Shown: piece after piece, positions 1 through 9,832 of the stretch | Position numbering within the stretch: the first letter of the stretch is position 1 | Layout: each line of letters begins with the position of its first letter | Assembly: GCA_965205275.1 (NCBI GenBank) | Contig: OZ242168.1 | Coordinates: 756,068-820,067, forward strand | Source of the DNA: Gammaproteobacteria bacterium | GTDB taxonomy: Bacteria; Pseudomonadota; Gammaproteobacteria; UBA4575 | Reading direction: 5' to 3' | DNA: 64,000 nucleotides | Made by a program: the position numbers and the translations under genes | The notes under the pieces: generated by a model | The model's database searches: none | Told to the model about the DNA's origin: nothing | Seen by the model: the letters and a program-made list of their open reading frames with translations, nothing else

Positions 1-29
1 TCCCAGGCATAATGCACATTGCAGACGCC

Positions 30-1385
30 TCAGACCGCCAGACAATTTACATTCATTTTCATCCCGTATCTGGGCCGCATGGTCGTTGCAGCCTGTGGTT
101 CTACGATATGCCCGGGCGCAAGAGACAGGTCATATCGTTGCGCAATCAATGCAACCACAAGCTTGCTCTGCATAACCGCCATATAAGAGCCTATACAATT
201 CCTGTGTCCGGCTGCAAAAGGAATGTATGCAAAGCGGGACCTGCCTACCGAGCGCTCTTTATCGAACCGGCCCGGATCAAACCGGTCCGGTTCTTCCCAG
301 TACTGCGCGAGGCGATGGGTGACGTATGAGGATATGATGACGGTCGTATCCCTGGGAACCTGATAACCTCCAATAAGATGGTCTTTAAGTGCGACCCGGG
401 AGAAAGAATGCACCGATGAATATAACCGCAGCGATTCCTTGATCACTTTTTCCGTGTACTCCAGCTTATTGAGCAACTCGGGGGTCGGATCCTGTTTACC
501 CAGAACCGCTTTCACTTCTTCATGGATACGCTGCTTGACCTCAGGGTATTTGTCAATTACATACATTGTCCAGCATAATGAGGTCGCCGTTGTTTCAAAT
601 GCAGTCACAAAAAGCGTCAGCATCTGGTCCCTGAGGCTGCGCCTGTTTTGCCTGATCAGTTTTTCTGGATCCCCGTCTGCAAGAAGGTGTTTTAAAAAGC
701 CAATATCCTCATGCATGATCCCGGGATATTCATCCAGCAGCTCATAGACACATCGATTCAGGCGTAGTAAAGCGCGTCTGAAATTAATTGCTTTTCTCAG
801 GTTTTTCATGTTCAGCAGGCTGCCTTTCAAGTCGGTCATCTCAGGCCAGTTCACCCGGATCTGATTGTATATGCCTGCCACCGTATCTGCGCGTTGCTGA
901 AAACCCGAACCCATTACCCAGACACCGGCAAGCAGCTGGGTCAGCAAATTGAACTGGTATTCAAGCTCAACCGTGCCTCCGGTTTCAGCATTCCGTTGCC
1001 AGGTGTCCAGGAATTCGGCTGCAAGCTTTGAAATCCAGCTGAGTTGCGCGTCCAGGGCCTTGGCAGTGAATTTGGGTTGTGCCAGGGTACGTTGTCGTTT
1101 CCACACCTCTCCCTCGCTTAGCAGCATGCCTTCCCCGATCACCATCCGGACCTGTTTATAACGGGTATTTTTCTTGTACTTGTCATGATTATCGACAAGC
1201 ACTTCCTTGATCAACGCGGGTTCGGAAACCAGATAAGAGTAATACGCGCCCATATTGATGCGTGCGATCCCACCGTAATCCCGGGCCACTTTTTCCAGGA
1301 ATTCCATAGGGTTCTGGCGCATCTCGGGCAGACAGCCCAGTTTGCCTGCACCACACGGACCGGGGGGAAAAGCAGGATTCGACAT
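30..1385 (-). CDS. cytochrome P450 monooxygenase
   Basis: 451-aa ORF of typical P450 length. C-terminal haem-thiolate signature FAAGHRNCIG (FxxGxRxCxG). Confidence 0.85.
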   Translation of the reverse strand: MSNPAFPPGPCGAGKLGCLPEMRQNPMEFLEKVARDYGGIARINMGAYYSYLVSEPALIKEVLVDNHDKYKKNTRYKQVRMVIGEGMLLSEGEVWKRQRTLAQPKFTAKALDAQLSWISKLAAEFLDTWQRNAETGGTVELEYQFNLLTQLLAGVWVMGSGFQQRADTVAGIYNQIRVNWPEMTDLKGSLLNMKNLRKAINFRRALLRLNRCVYELLDEYPGIMHEDIGFLKHLLADGDPEKLIRQNRRSLRDQMLTLFVTAFETTATSLCWTMYVIDKYPEVKQRIHEEVKAVLGKQDPTPELLNKLEYTEKVIKESLRLYSSVHSFSRVALKDHLIGGYQVPRDTTVIISSYVTHRLAQYWEEPDRFDPGRFDKERSVGRSRFAYIPFAAGHRNCIGSYMAVMQSKLVVALIAQRYDLSLAPGHIVEPQAATTMRPRYGMKMNVNCLAV

Positions 1386-1455
1386 CAGCGGATATGTGTT
1401 CGAGGCAATTCTCTGGGATAGGTCCGGGCTTAAGGAATAAATTATTCAGGCCGGC

Positions 1456-1872
1456 TTATTGCTGGCAGTTTTTGTTATTGCATATCCCATAAATAATCAG
1501 GGAATGATCCGAAATCTGAAAACCTTTTTTCTCTGCAATTTCTTCCTGTTTGGCTTCAATGGCATCATCCACAAACTCCACGATTTTTCCGCATTTCACG
1601 CAAATGAGATGGTCGTGGTGACTGCCTCGTTCCAGCTCAAACACAGCCTGCCCGGTTTCAAAATGGTGGCGAATAACCAGGCCTGCTCCCTCAAACTGCG
1701 TGAGCACCCTGTAAATCGTTGCCAAGCCGATCTCTTCCCCTACATCCAGCAAAGCCTTGTAGATATCTTCAGCGCTCAGGTGTCTTTTATCTGAATTCTC
1801 AAGGAGTTCCAGAATCTTCATTCTTGAAAATGTGACCTTGAGTCCGGCACGCCTGAGATCTTGATTTTCCAT
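1456..1872 (-). CDS. fur: Fur family transcriptional repressor (ferric uptake regulator)
   Basis: 138 aa. N-terminal winged helix (TFSRMKILELLE...LSAEDIY), HHDH metal site and C-x2-C (CVKCGK) pair. Length and motif order match the Fur family. Confidence 0.85.
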   Translation of the reverse strand: MENQDLRRAGLKVTFSRMKILELLENSDKRHLSAEDIYKALLDVGEEIGLATIYRVLTQFEGAGLVIRHHFETGQAVFELERGSHHDHLICVKCGKIVEFVDDAIEAKQEEIAEKKGFQISDHSLIIYGICNNKNCQQ

Positions 1873-2465
1873 AAAAGCCCTTTTGCTGCGCGTAAAAATT
1901 CTCTTCGTGATGAGTGAATGTCACCCAGACTCACGGTACAACGATAATTGTAGTGTACCTATAAAAAACAAAACCCGCCACGATGGACGGGTCGATGGTT
2001 GCCTTTCTTTGCGCATCCACTTTAGCTTTTTGTTTTAATTTATAACCCAACTAGAGGAGAAAGGGTTTGCTAAATGTTTCATACGCTGGCTGGTGGTCAT
2101 TACAGAAAGGTTTATGTTGTTATTGCTCCTTCTGGATTTTCTCGTTTGCTTCTCAGTGCTTCAGAGATTGCACCACCAGCTACAAAGATACCATATTCCC
2201 AAAAAGAGATACACTGGAAATGAAGCAAAATTGTTTGACATGGCTGCATTCTGAAATTAAAAGTAATATTTAATAAAATCAAATGAATACTACACATTCC
2301 TAAATTATAATATAGATATGAACGATATATCATTGTTTCCAGTATAGTACTCTGCCTCTAAAAGTCCTTCAAGAGCATGGTATTGCAGATTCCCTAGACG
2401 CTTCAGGGTATTTCCGGGGATGCAAAGGGTATCGATTCGAGCTGACACCCCCTGCTGAATGACGT

Positions 2466-2852
2466 TTACAAACTGCTTATAACCTTCTTCAATTTTGCCT
2501 GTACCTGGTTTGCTATATCGCCTAATTCCGGATTATGAATCGCCTGCATGGAAGCAATCGGGTCTACTGCAGAAACTTCCACTTTCCCACCCTCAATTTC
2601 CTGAACGACTACATTGCAGGGCAGCATTATTCCTATCTTATCTTCAGCCTGCAGTGCCTTGTATGCAAAAGGAGGATTGCATGCACCTAAGATTCGGTAA
2701 TTCTGATAATCCACATCAAGCTTTTTTTTCAATGTAGCCTTTACATCAATGTCTGTTAAGACGCCAAACCCTTCCTTTTTCAACTCATCAATGACCTTGT
2801 CAATGGCATCTTCGAATGAATTTTCCATAGTTGTACTGAAGTAATAGTCCAT
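2466..2852 (-). CDS. DUF302 domain protein
   Basis: 128-aa ORF at the distal end of the cbb3 oxidase gene string. Recalled similarity to the DUF302 family; not verified. Confidence 0.5.
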   Translation of the reverse strand: MDYYFSTTMENSFEDAIDKVIDELKKEGFGVLTDIDVKATLKKKLDVDYQNYRILGACNPPFAYKALQAEDKIGIMLPCNVVVQEIEGGKVEVSAVDPIASMQAIHNPELGDIANQVQAKLKKVISSL

Positions 2853-2937
2853 TGCCTTTCACCTTCCTTTTTTAAACTGGCATTTTTTAAACACTTTCCA
2901 AGCAACTCAAAATATGCAGATACATTATTATATTTGA

Positions 2938-3714
2938 CTAGCGTTTTGAGACAACATCGCGGCTTGACACAAGTTTGGCGGAATTTCCCCATTGTGTACG
3001 TTCATGATTCACTACAGCTGCCACCTCTTCATCGTTTAGCTGCCCGCTAAACCCGGGCATTGGTGACAGGTAACTTGTACCTTTAATTACTTTATCTTTT
3101 AATCCGTCTAATACAATTTCGATATGTTCACTTGCATCTTCTGCAAGTACGGGCTGGCTGCCCTTGAGAGGGGGGAAAACTCCCGGCAACCCTTCTCCGT
3201 TACTCTGGTGGCAAGATGCACAATAATTTCCATACACCTGTTCGCCAAGTTGTACCCAATCGTTATCGGCCATTATTTTCTCTGCGTTTTGCTCGATAGA
3301 ATCGGAAACAACCGCCAATATATCCCGCTCCCCGTAAGCCAGTGTAAGATAGCCCACTGCCCATGAAAAAATGATCAGGCAAAGGACCCATGCCCAAGTG
3401 GGTATAGGTACAGGATTCTCAATCCTGATGGGCTCAAACTCATCACCGACGCGGCTGCTGTATGCATTAGCCAATACCGATACATCACCTGAAATTACAT
3501 CGCCATTACGCATTCCATGCAAAGATATACTGGGCCCATTACTGACAACAAAATGAACTTCCCGTTCGCTCGTAACGGCACTATCTTCCACTACGCAGAA
3601 CCGGAGCGTATGACGACCGTCAGACAATTCTCTTGAATCAAGCTTGAATTTTTCCGGCGGGTCCAAAACCTTATATGGTTTTGTGTTCTTATCAAGATAA
3701 ACTTCTATTTTCAT
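2938..3714 (-). CDS. membrane-anchored mono-haem cytochrome c, CcoP-like terminal gene of the cbb3 operon
   Basis: 258 aa. Single CxxCH (CASCH) followed by a GLPGVFPPL-like class-I cytochrome c region. Central hydrophobic helix. Sits in the ccoP position but is not di-haem. Confidence 0.5.
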   Translation of the reverse strand: MKIEVYLDKNTKPYKVLDPPEKFKLDSRELSDGRHTLRFCVVEDSAVTSEREVHFVVSNGPSISLHGMRNGDVISGDVSVLANAYSSRVGDEFEPIRIENPVPIPTWAWVLCLIIFSWAVGYLTLAYGERDILAVVSDSIEQNAEKIMADNDWVQLGEQVYGNYCASCHQSNGEGLPGVFPPLKGSQPVLAEDASEHIEIVLDGLKDKVIKGTSYLSPMPGFSGQLNDEEVAAVVNHERTQWGNSAKLVSSRDVVSKR

Positions 3715-3726
3715 TTTTCCAGGATA

Positions 3727-3933
3727 TCAGTCATCTAAAATCGTGCGCTTAATATGGGCTTCCGATGTTTCACCCGGCCAAATCATGCAAAATATTGCAC
3801 GATAAAATGCATAGACAACCACTGCTGCAGCAATCAGAACAACAAGCAGTGCCGGAATTGAGATTTCCGAGGTACCTATGTTTCCACAAAGACTCAGAAA
3901 TAATTCGAAATAGTAAGTGGCTTTATCTATCAT
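3727..3933 (-). CDS. small membrane protein, CcoQ/FixQ-like
   Basis: 68-aa ORF with one hydrophobic helix, lying between the ccoO and ccoP-like genes. Confidence 0.35.
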   Translation of the reverse strand: MIDKATYYFELFLSLCGNIGTSEISIPALLVVLIAAAVVVYAFYRAIFCMIWPGETSEAHIKRTILDD

Positions 3934-3935
3934 CG

Positions 3936-4499
3936 TTAACGATTTACCTGTTTAAGTGATTGCAGATAAGCCACAAGGGCCAGCACATCTTTTGTAGCTA
4001 CGATTTGCATTCCTTCAGGTTTCAAGCCTTCAGGTACGGGAACTACAACATCTCCTTTGCCTGCTTGTTTTTTTTCTATGAAATACCACGGGTAACCTGG
4101 CATCACCGAACCGGCTACAACGGCTCTGGGGTTGTAGAGGTGGATCAGATTCCATACCTCGCTTGGCTGGCGCACACCTACATTGGACAGATCAGGCCCG
4201 GTGCGCTGCGTTCCAAGCAGTGGCGGATCCTCCATCGCATAGTCGCCCGCAACTGAGCCTCTTCCATACGGCGCATCAACGGGCAAATCCCGCACCAGTT
4301 GCGTATGACAAAACGCACACCCTTCTTTTATATACAGTTCCCGTCCACGCTGCTCTTGTGTTGTTCGCTTTTCGATATTTGCCAATGGTAAAGTTTTCTG
4401 TGCCTCAAAAGCAGGAAAAACTGCGATAATTAAGGTAAGCACAAAAAACCCCAAAGCCGATACGGCTACCAGTACCCGATGATCTGTGTGCAAACTCAT
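3936..4499 (-). CDS. ccoO: cbb3-type cytochrome c oxidase mono-haem subunit CcoO (FixO)
   Basis: N-terminal TM helix, then ELYIKEGCAFCHTQLVR...RTGPDLSNVG...HLYNPR, matching CcoO. Probable start at the internal Met giving an ATGA overlap with the ccoN stop; the ORF track extends to 4553. Confidence 0.75.
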   Translation of the reverse strand: MSLHTDHRVLVAVSALGFFVLTLIIAVFPAFEAQKTLPLANIEKRTTQEQRGRELYIKEGCAFCHTQLVRDLPVDAPYGRGSVAGDYAMEDPPLLGTQRTGPDLSNVGVRQPSEVWNLIHLYNPRAVVAGSVMPGYPWYFIEKKQAGKGDVVVPVPEGLKPEGMQIVATKDVLALVAYLQSLKQVNR

Positions 4500-5884
4500 G
4501 TGTGAGCTTCTTTTAAAACCGTGATCTCTCGCCGCTGTGGCCGCATTTCCCACAGATTAATGACGAATACGATATGGCTTGCGACCATCATCAAACCTCC
4601 TACAGACCGCCATAACCACATCGGTGCAACCGCATGTACCGAGGCCATGAACGACTCGCCGGCTACCCATGAAATGCCTTGCAGTATGCCTGCAATTGAA
4701 ATTGCAATGACATACATGCTGCCGCCCACAAATGCCAGCCAGAAATGCAGACCCATCATACCCTCGCTAGGTGAACGTCCCGTTATGCGTGGGAGCAATC
4801 CATATATCGCCCCCCAGATACCGAATGCGACAAAGCCATACATAGCAAGATGAGAGTGTCCGACTGTAAAGTTGGTAAAATGCCAGTAAATATTTGCTGA
4901 CCGGAAAGACTCTATGGTTCCTTGAGTTGAAGACAGCGCATAACCCCAGATTCCCACCAGCAGAAAGATGGTTGCGTAGCTTTTACGGACAAGATGCCAC
5001 GACCCTTTTGCGGTCATGAAAAAATTTCCGAAACCCGACCACACAGGCACCATCATACCAACACTGAACAGAATTGCGGTCGTTTGTATCCACCAGGCGA
5101 CAGGGCTGAATATAAAGTGGTGTGCACCGATCAGCGTGTAGAAAGAAAGGCTCGTCCAGAATCCCAATACACCAAGGGAATAAGAATAAATAGGCTTGCC
5201 CAGCATACGTGGAAGCGCATAGTACGTAATCCCCAGAACCAGGGGTGTAAACCACATGCCCACACCGTTATGCATGTAATACCCTTGTGTGACTATATTG
5301 CCTATCCCTCCTTGATAAAATGGCAAGTACCCTACCGTGTAGAGGATTGTCAGCCAGCAAAATGCACCCAATATGTACCAATTAGAAACATAAATTTCTT
5401 TCGGTTTGCGGGTTGCCACCGTTTGATAACAGGTGTATGCATTCAGCAACAGCCCGACCGCGTACAGCACGGCTATAGGCCAGATGAGCTCCCGATATTC
5501 CTGGGGACCCCGGGTGATCCCAACGGATAACGTAATGACGCCTGAAGCAATGGCAACGTTCCAAAGATGCAAGGCGATATAGGGTAATCGAAAACTGCAT
5601 AATTTCACTTTCGAGGTTCGTGACACAATAAACAGTGCAAGACCTACTAGTGACATGGATGACCAGGCAAACATCACTACATTTGTATGAATCGGCCGTA
5701 TACGGCCAAAAGAAAGGCCGCTGTATGCTAAAAAATCAGGCCAGTACAGTTTAAATGCAGCAAGTAATCCGTAAACGGTACCCACCATCAGCCAAACTGC
5801 AGACCACGTAAAGTACGAATATATTAGCTTGACCGTTTCCGGCTCAAGACCGGACGGCGGGGTGTTTGATTCATTATTCATCAC
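4496..5884 (-). CDS. ccoN: C-family haem-copper oxidase catalytic subunit (cbb3 CcoN-like)
   Basis: 462-aa polytopic membrane protein. LSFGRIRPIHT and GAHHF motifs as in CcoN. Gene order N-O-Q-P. Confidence 0.7.
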   Translation of the reverse strand: MMNNESNTPPSGLEPETVKLIYSYFTWSAVWLMVGTVYGLLAAFKLYWPDFLAYSGLSFGRIRPIHTNVVMFAWSSMSLVGLALFIVSRTSKVKLCSFRLPYIALHLWNVAIASGVITLSVGITRGPQEYRELIWPIAVLYAVGLLLNAYTCYQTVATRKPKEIYVSNWYILGAFCWLTILYTVGYLPFYQGGIGNIVTQGYYMHNGVGMWFTPLVLGITYYALPRMLGKPIYSYSLGVLGFWTSLSFYTLIGAHHFIFSPVAWWIQTTAILFSVGMMVPVWSGFGNFFMTAKGSWHLVRKSYATIFLLVGIWGYALSSTQGTIESFRSANIYWHFTNFTVGHSHLAMYGFVAFGIWGAIYGLLPRITGRSPSEGMMGLHFWLAFVGGSMYVIAISIAGILQGISWVAGESFMASVHAVAPMWLWRSVGGLMMVASHIVFVINLWEMRPQRREITVLKEAHT

Positions 5885-6516
5885 GATCTCTTTTCGTGCT
5901 TTGGGCGCATTTCGCTGCGGATATTCATCGCTAACTGCAAGTAGCTCTGGTCACTTGAATAATGTTGTCTGAGTGTACCATCAGGGCCCACTAAATAGAA
6001 AAGGTCAGGATGAATGACCTCATAATTCAAATTATCGTCGTCATCTATGGCTATTGCAGAAAATGCATTAAATGTACTTAAGGCACTTTTTATTTCGTGC
6101 AGCGACCCGGTTAGTCCAACGATACGATCATCAAAGCGGGCAACATACTCCCTCAATACTTCGGGCGTGTCGCGCTCGGGGTCTACTGTTATAAATATTG
6201 GAGTCAGAAAAGCTGAGTCTCCGGTTTTATCCAGTTCCAGCAAAGCTTTTGACATTACGTTCATTTGCAACGGGCAAACATGGGCGCAGCTTGTAAAACC
6301 AAAATAAACCAATGCCCAGTTACCCAGGATATCCTGCCCAGTTGTCTCTATATTTGCATGGTTAATCAGGCTGAAATCTATTGTAGGGTCTGCATTTTCA
6401 TTGTGATGCAAAAAAGCAAACCCTGCCGCACCAAATGCCACAACTAGACTTATAACGACCACCAGCATGAACCGAAGCAGAGAATCAGGTTCTTTTTGCA
6501 GTTTTTTACCTTGCAC
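5881..6516 (-). CDS. SCO1/SenC family copper chaperone
   Basis: 211 aa. N-terminal TM anchor, thioredoxin-like CAHVCP (CxxxCP) motif. Stop overlaps the ccoN start (translational coupling). Confidence 0.75.
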   Translation of the reverse strand: MQGKKLQKEPDSLLRFMLVVVISLVVAFGAAGFAFLHHNENADPTIDFSLINHANIETTGQDILGNWALVYFGFTSCAHVCPLQMNVMSKALLELDKTGDSAFLTPIFITVDPERDTPEVLREYVARFDDRIVGLTGSLHEIKSALSTFNAFSAIAIDDDDNLNYEVIHPDLFYLVGPDGTLRQHYSSDQSYLQLAMNIRSEMRPKHEKRS

Positions 6517-6775
6517 AGAAATAACCTTAACAAAAACTGTACGTATACAGATTATTGTCTCAAAATATTGTTTTTATAAAATACTCCATACCAAAATAAC
6601 GAATAAAGGCTTGCTGTACATTCCTGATTTCAAGCAGTCATTCAGATCGATATCTTGATGTATCCCAATACATATGTCCCGAAAATAAAAGGAAGCCGTT
6701 GCATTCCGGTCGAGTGAATTTCAGGGGCGCACAATTACAGACCTGATTGCCAAGTCCGGCAAACAAGCTGCATAC

Positions 6776-7187
6776 TCATTCATTGCTACGAAGTGCACGG
6801 GTTTTAGTTCTGGCTTCACTGGCACGGACACTGGCTTTAGAAGCAACGGCTTCCCATTCGTTGGCAATGACCTCACATACGTGTCTCAGCAGCACGGGCA
6901 ATAGTTTCCCATCCGCGAGCAATGGCTTCCCATTCGTTGGCAATGACCTCACATACACGAGGATTGGTTCTAGAGGCGCGGGTCAAGGCTTCATCTTTAA
7001 GAGCCTTGGTCTCAGTTTCATGGGCAATGGCTTCCCATTCATGGACAACAGTTCTCCATTCACTAGCACATTTAAAATTGCCACAACCGGAAAGCATTAA
7101 ACTAGTAATGAGCAACGCACTAGCAAGCGTGATACCTTCCCTGTAATTCATATTTGGATCCCTGTTTGGTTTAGGGCGTGTTAACAC
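6776..7187 (-). pseudogene. repeat-containing lipoprotein (EWEAIA repeats); reading frame broken between repeats
   Basis: Signal peptide plus lipobox (LMLSGC). Three copies of a ...VIANEWEAIA... unit encoded across two overlapping frames (ORFs 6873..7187 and 6776..6958). Confidence 0.4.
6840..7075. repeat. tandem DNA repeat: two near-identical units about 76 bp apart plus a degenerate third
   Basis: ttcccattcgttggcaatgacctcacatac occurs at about 6851 and 6927. A degenerate copy lies at about 7035. Confidence 0.6.
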
Positions 7188-7988
7188 TAACGTAACGCAT
7201 CGACGATGAGCGCGAAGACAATGAATCCGAGGAATACCACGTCGAGTTTCTCGAATCGCGAGAAGACACGACGGAACCCCTTCAATCGACGGAATAACCG
7301 CTCGATTTCATTGCGCCGCTTGTACATCTCACGGTCGTATTCCCAAGGCTCGACCCGCGTTCGCAATGGCGGTACCACTGGCTCATACCCCAGCGCCAAG
7401 GCCAGTTGTCGAGTCTCGTTGCCTTCGTACGCGCGGTCCATGATCAGTGAGGGAGTATCGTGCTGCTGACCAAGGCGATTCAGCAACTTACGCCCTTCCG
7501 GGGCATCGTGGGCTTGTCCCGGCGAGAGCGAGAACGTGATGGCGGTTCGAGCATCTGCGGCAACCATATGAATCTTGGTGGTCCAGCCGCCGCGAGAGCG
7601 GCCGATGGATTGGGGGCCGTTTTTTTTAGCGCCCCCGTCCCATCGGGATGCACCTTCACAATAGTGCTGTCCATCGACATCGCCTCGAGTTTGATGCGCA
7701 CGATCTGTTCTCGCTGCAGATGCTCGAATACTCGGTCGAGCACTCCGTTCTTCGACCAACGGTTCATTCGGGTATAGATGGTGTGCCAGTTGCCAAACCG
7801 TGTAGGTAACCCTCGCCATTTGCAGCCCTGTTCGGCGACATACAGTATGGCGTTGAGTACTTGGCGGTTCGAAAGGCTGACGTTGCCGCGCTGCACCGGG
7901 AGATGTAGCGCGATGCGTTCGTATTGGGCTTGGGTCAGTTCCATCCTTGGAGGATACCATAACTGTGCCCATTAGTGTTAACACGCCC
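7174..7988 (-). mobile_element. IS5 family (IS427-group-like) insertion sequence, copy A, 815 bp
   Basis: Perfect 17-bp terminal inverted repeats GGGCGTGTTAACACTAA / TTAGTGTTAACACGCCC. Flanking TA on both sides. Two-ORF transposase. Identical to the copy at 19785-20599. Confidence 0.85.
7187..7944 (-). CDS. IS5-family transposase OrfAB
   Basis: OrfA (7480..7944) carries the IS5/IS427-type N-terminal domain (WRGLP...NRWSKNGV). The DDE-domain orfB continues in the overlapping frame (7187..about 7640). Programmed frameshift site not mapped. Confidence 0.75.
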
Positions 7989-8513
7989 TAGTCAATCAAG
8001 GGATACTGTACAACACGGCATAGAAGCCTGCACATCTAAATCCTGGCGCAGGTTTGCCTTGCGCACACACAAAATCATCCTGCCACGCAGTGATTGAGAT
8101 CTGAACCAAGGGGTACCTCAGCCTGCCTATCCCAGTGCGTCGTGAAAAGGCTGTACTGATTTATTCGGGCTAAGCTTGGAGTGGATGCCCGAGCGCCCTG
8201 TTACACGGCTTATCGTATATCCCTGCCGCCATCCGCTATCTTGATAGTCGCTGGAGCGAGGTTTTAATTTTTTGATTTGTATATTTACCAGGGCTATTTG
8301 ATGGTACTTTTTTACAATTAGACCGAGATACCGTTAAAAATATCGTCAAATTTTCTAGCTGCTAACACATCTTGTCGGATGTAAAAAACTAAGAAATATT
8401 TATAAACTGTTATTTGTATTATACTTTATATATGGTACAGGATTTTCTGACGTTGCCGGACTCGAACTTAAAGCACAAGTTATTATTATGTAGAATATTT
8501 TATTTATTCAATT

Positions 8514-8777
8514 TTAAACTATACCGACGAAAGTACCGACAAATTCAAATTTCTCCATTTGAAAATGACGCTCGTTCTCCTTTCTTAGCTGCCTGAACTC
8601 CCTTACATGGTCCGGCTCAAGCCCACTATAGTCCTTTTCCCAACGATAAAGTGTCGCTTCCGATATCCCCAATTTGCGGCACATACCGCCTATCGATGTA
8701 CCGCCCTCATGTGTCTTGACCGCGGCCACAACCCGTTCAGCCGAATAGCGCTTTCGTGCCATAATGCTCCTCCCCAT
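8514..8777 (-). pseudogene. IS3 family transposase OrfA remnant (3' truncated)
   Basis: HTH region ...GISEATLYRWEKDY... typical of IS3 OrfA. The ORF runs into unrelated AT-rich sequence. No orfB follows. Confidence 0.6.
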
Positions 8778-8885
8778 TCCAAGGAATCATCATGTCAGCT
8801 TTCGCACGCGGTCTGATACAAATTATGGGAAGACCACCAGGACCAATACATTATTGCCATTCAAATTGATTTATTAGGAGGGGGT

Positions 8886-9386
8886 ATGAAAATTAAACGA
8901 GCTGGTTGTATAGCAGTTACCCTAGGACTCATGTTGTGTACAAACGGCGTCTATGCCGAAAAGCCAAGTGACGCGGATGCACTCAAAGGAATAAATGAAG
9001 GCAATGTTATATGGGACGTAACTGTCGGAAGTCCAAGCAAACTTTTATTTTTATTAAAAGTTATTGAAGAAACATATGATGATCTTGAAAAGCAAAATGT
9101 AAAACCAGACATGGTTTTCTTATTTCATGGACCAGCAATGAAGTTAATTTCGACAAATCCATTGGATTTACCTCTCGATGAGGAAGAAGCCCATGAAGGA
9201 GTACTTGAGTTGATAAAAAAGATAAGCAAACTGCCAGGCGTCAAAATGGAATCGTGTTCAATAGCTGCACGCATATTGGACATTGACAACGACACCATCA
9301 TTTCAGGAATAAAGCCAGTTGGAAATACCTTTGTGTCGCAAATTGGTTATCAGAAAAAAGGGTATGCAATGATTCCAATTAATTAG
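8886..9386 (+). CDS. secreted DsrE/DsrF-like (COG1416-like) protein
   Basis: 166 aa. N-terminal signal peptide. C-terminal region ...VKMESCSIAARILDI...GYAMIPIN resembles the DsrE/YchN-fold family with a conserved Cys. AT-rich gene. Confidence 0.45.
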   Translation: MKIKRAGCIAVTLGLMLCTNGVYAEKPSDADALKGINEGNVIWDVTVGSPSKLLFLLKVIEETYDDLEKQNVKPDMVFLFHGPAMKLISTNPLDLPLDEEEAHEGVLELIKKISKLPGVKMESCSIAARILDIDNDTIISGIKPVGNTFVSQIGYQKKGYAMIPIN

Positions 9387-9402
9387 GCAGATATCCTGCC
9401 TA
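9384..9402 (+). terminator. possible hairpin at the 3' end of the DsrE-like gene
   Basis: taggcag-atatc-ctgccta, a 7-bp stem overlapping the stop codon. No strong U-tract follows. Confidence 0.2.
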
Positions 9403-9510
9403 CTGAACTTGATCTAGGTTTGGATGCGAAACACTCATGTCGGTTTCACATTGGAGGATTATGGTCCGCAAGCGATTCAGTGAATCGGAGATCACCAATA
9501 GCGTGTAACA

Positions 9511-9744
9511 TTAATTTTTTACGTCTGCTTCAATTGTAAATAGGCCAAGCACAATCATTAACATGGCTGCGTATGCTGCAGCTCTTGCTCCGTGGTAAAT
9601 AAATGTAGGTATTACAGCCATTAATAGAAGCGGTACATAAAATTTCAATATAAAAGCGACAGCAAATCTTTTTGCTCGCTTCAGTATTTGTGCCACCCTT
9701 CCTCTCTTAATACCCTTTAATATTTCTGCACGACTATCCCACAT
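9511..9744 (-). CDS. small hydrophobic membrane protein, hypothetical
   Basis: 77-aa ORF with two predicted TM helices. AT-rich. Confidence 0.3.
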   Translation of the reverse strand: MWDSRAEILKGIKRGRVAQILKRAKRFAVAFILKFYVPLLLMAVIPTFIYHGARAAAYAAMLMIVLGLFTIEADVKN

Positions 9745-9832
9745 TATGGGCGATCGATTGATCTTTCCCCCGTAACCCGATCCACTTTATGTGAGGGATT
9801 TTCCTATAATTTGAACCTTAGGAGGTCCCAAG

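Noticed and set aside
12-329. 105-aa + strand ORF at the window start
   Set aside because: Lies entirely antisense within the well-supported P450 gene. No motif. Typical shadow ORF of GC-rich DNA.
8000-8420. Looked for a tRNA/tmRNA integration target or att site next to IS copy A and the start of the AT-rich island
   Set aside because: No cloverleaf-compatible sequence (no GTTCxAxTC T-loop with an appropriate acceptor stem) was recognisable by eye.
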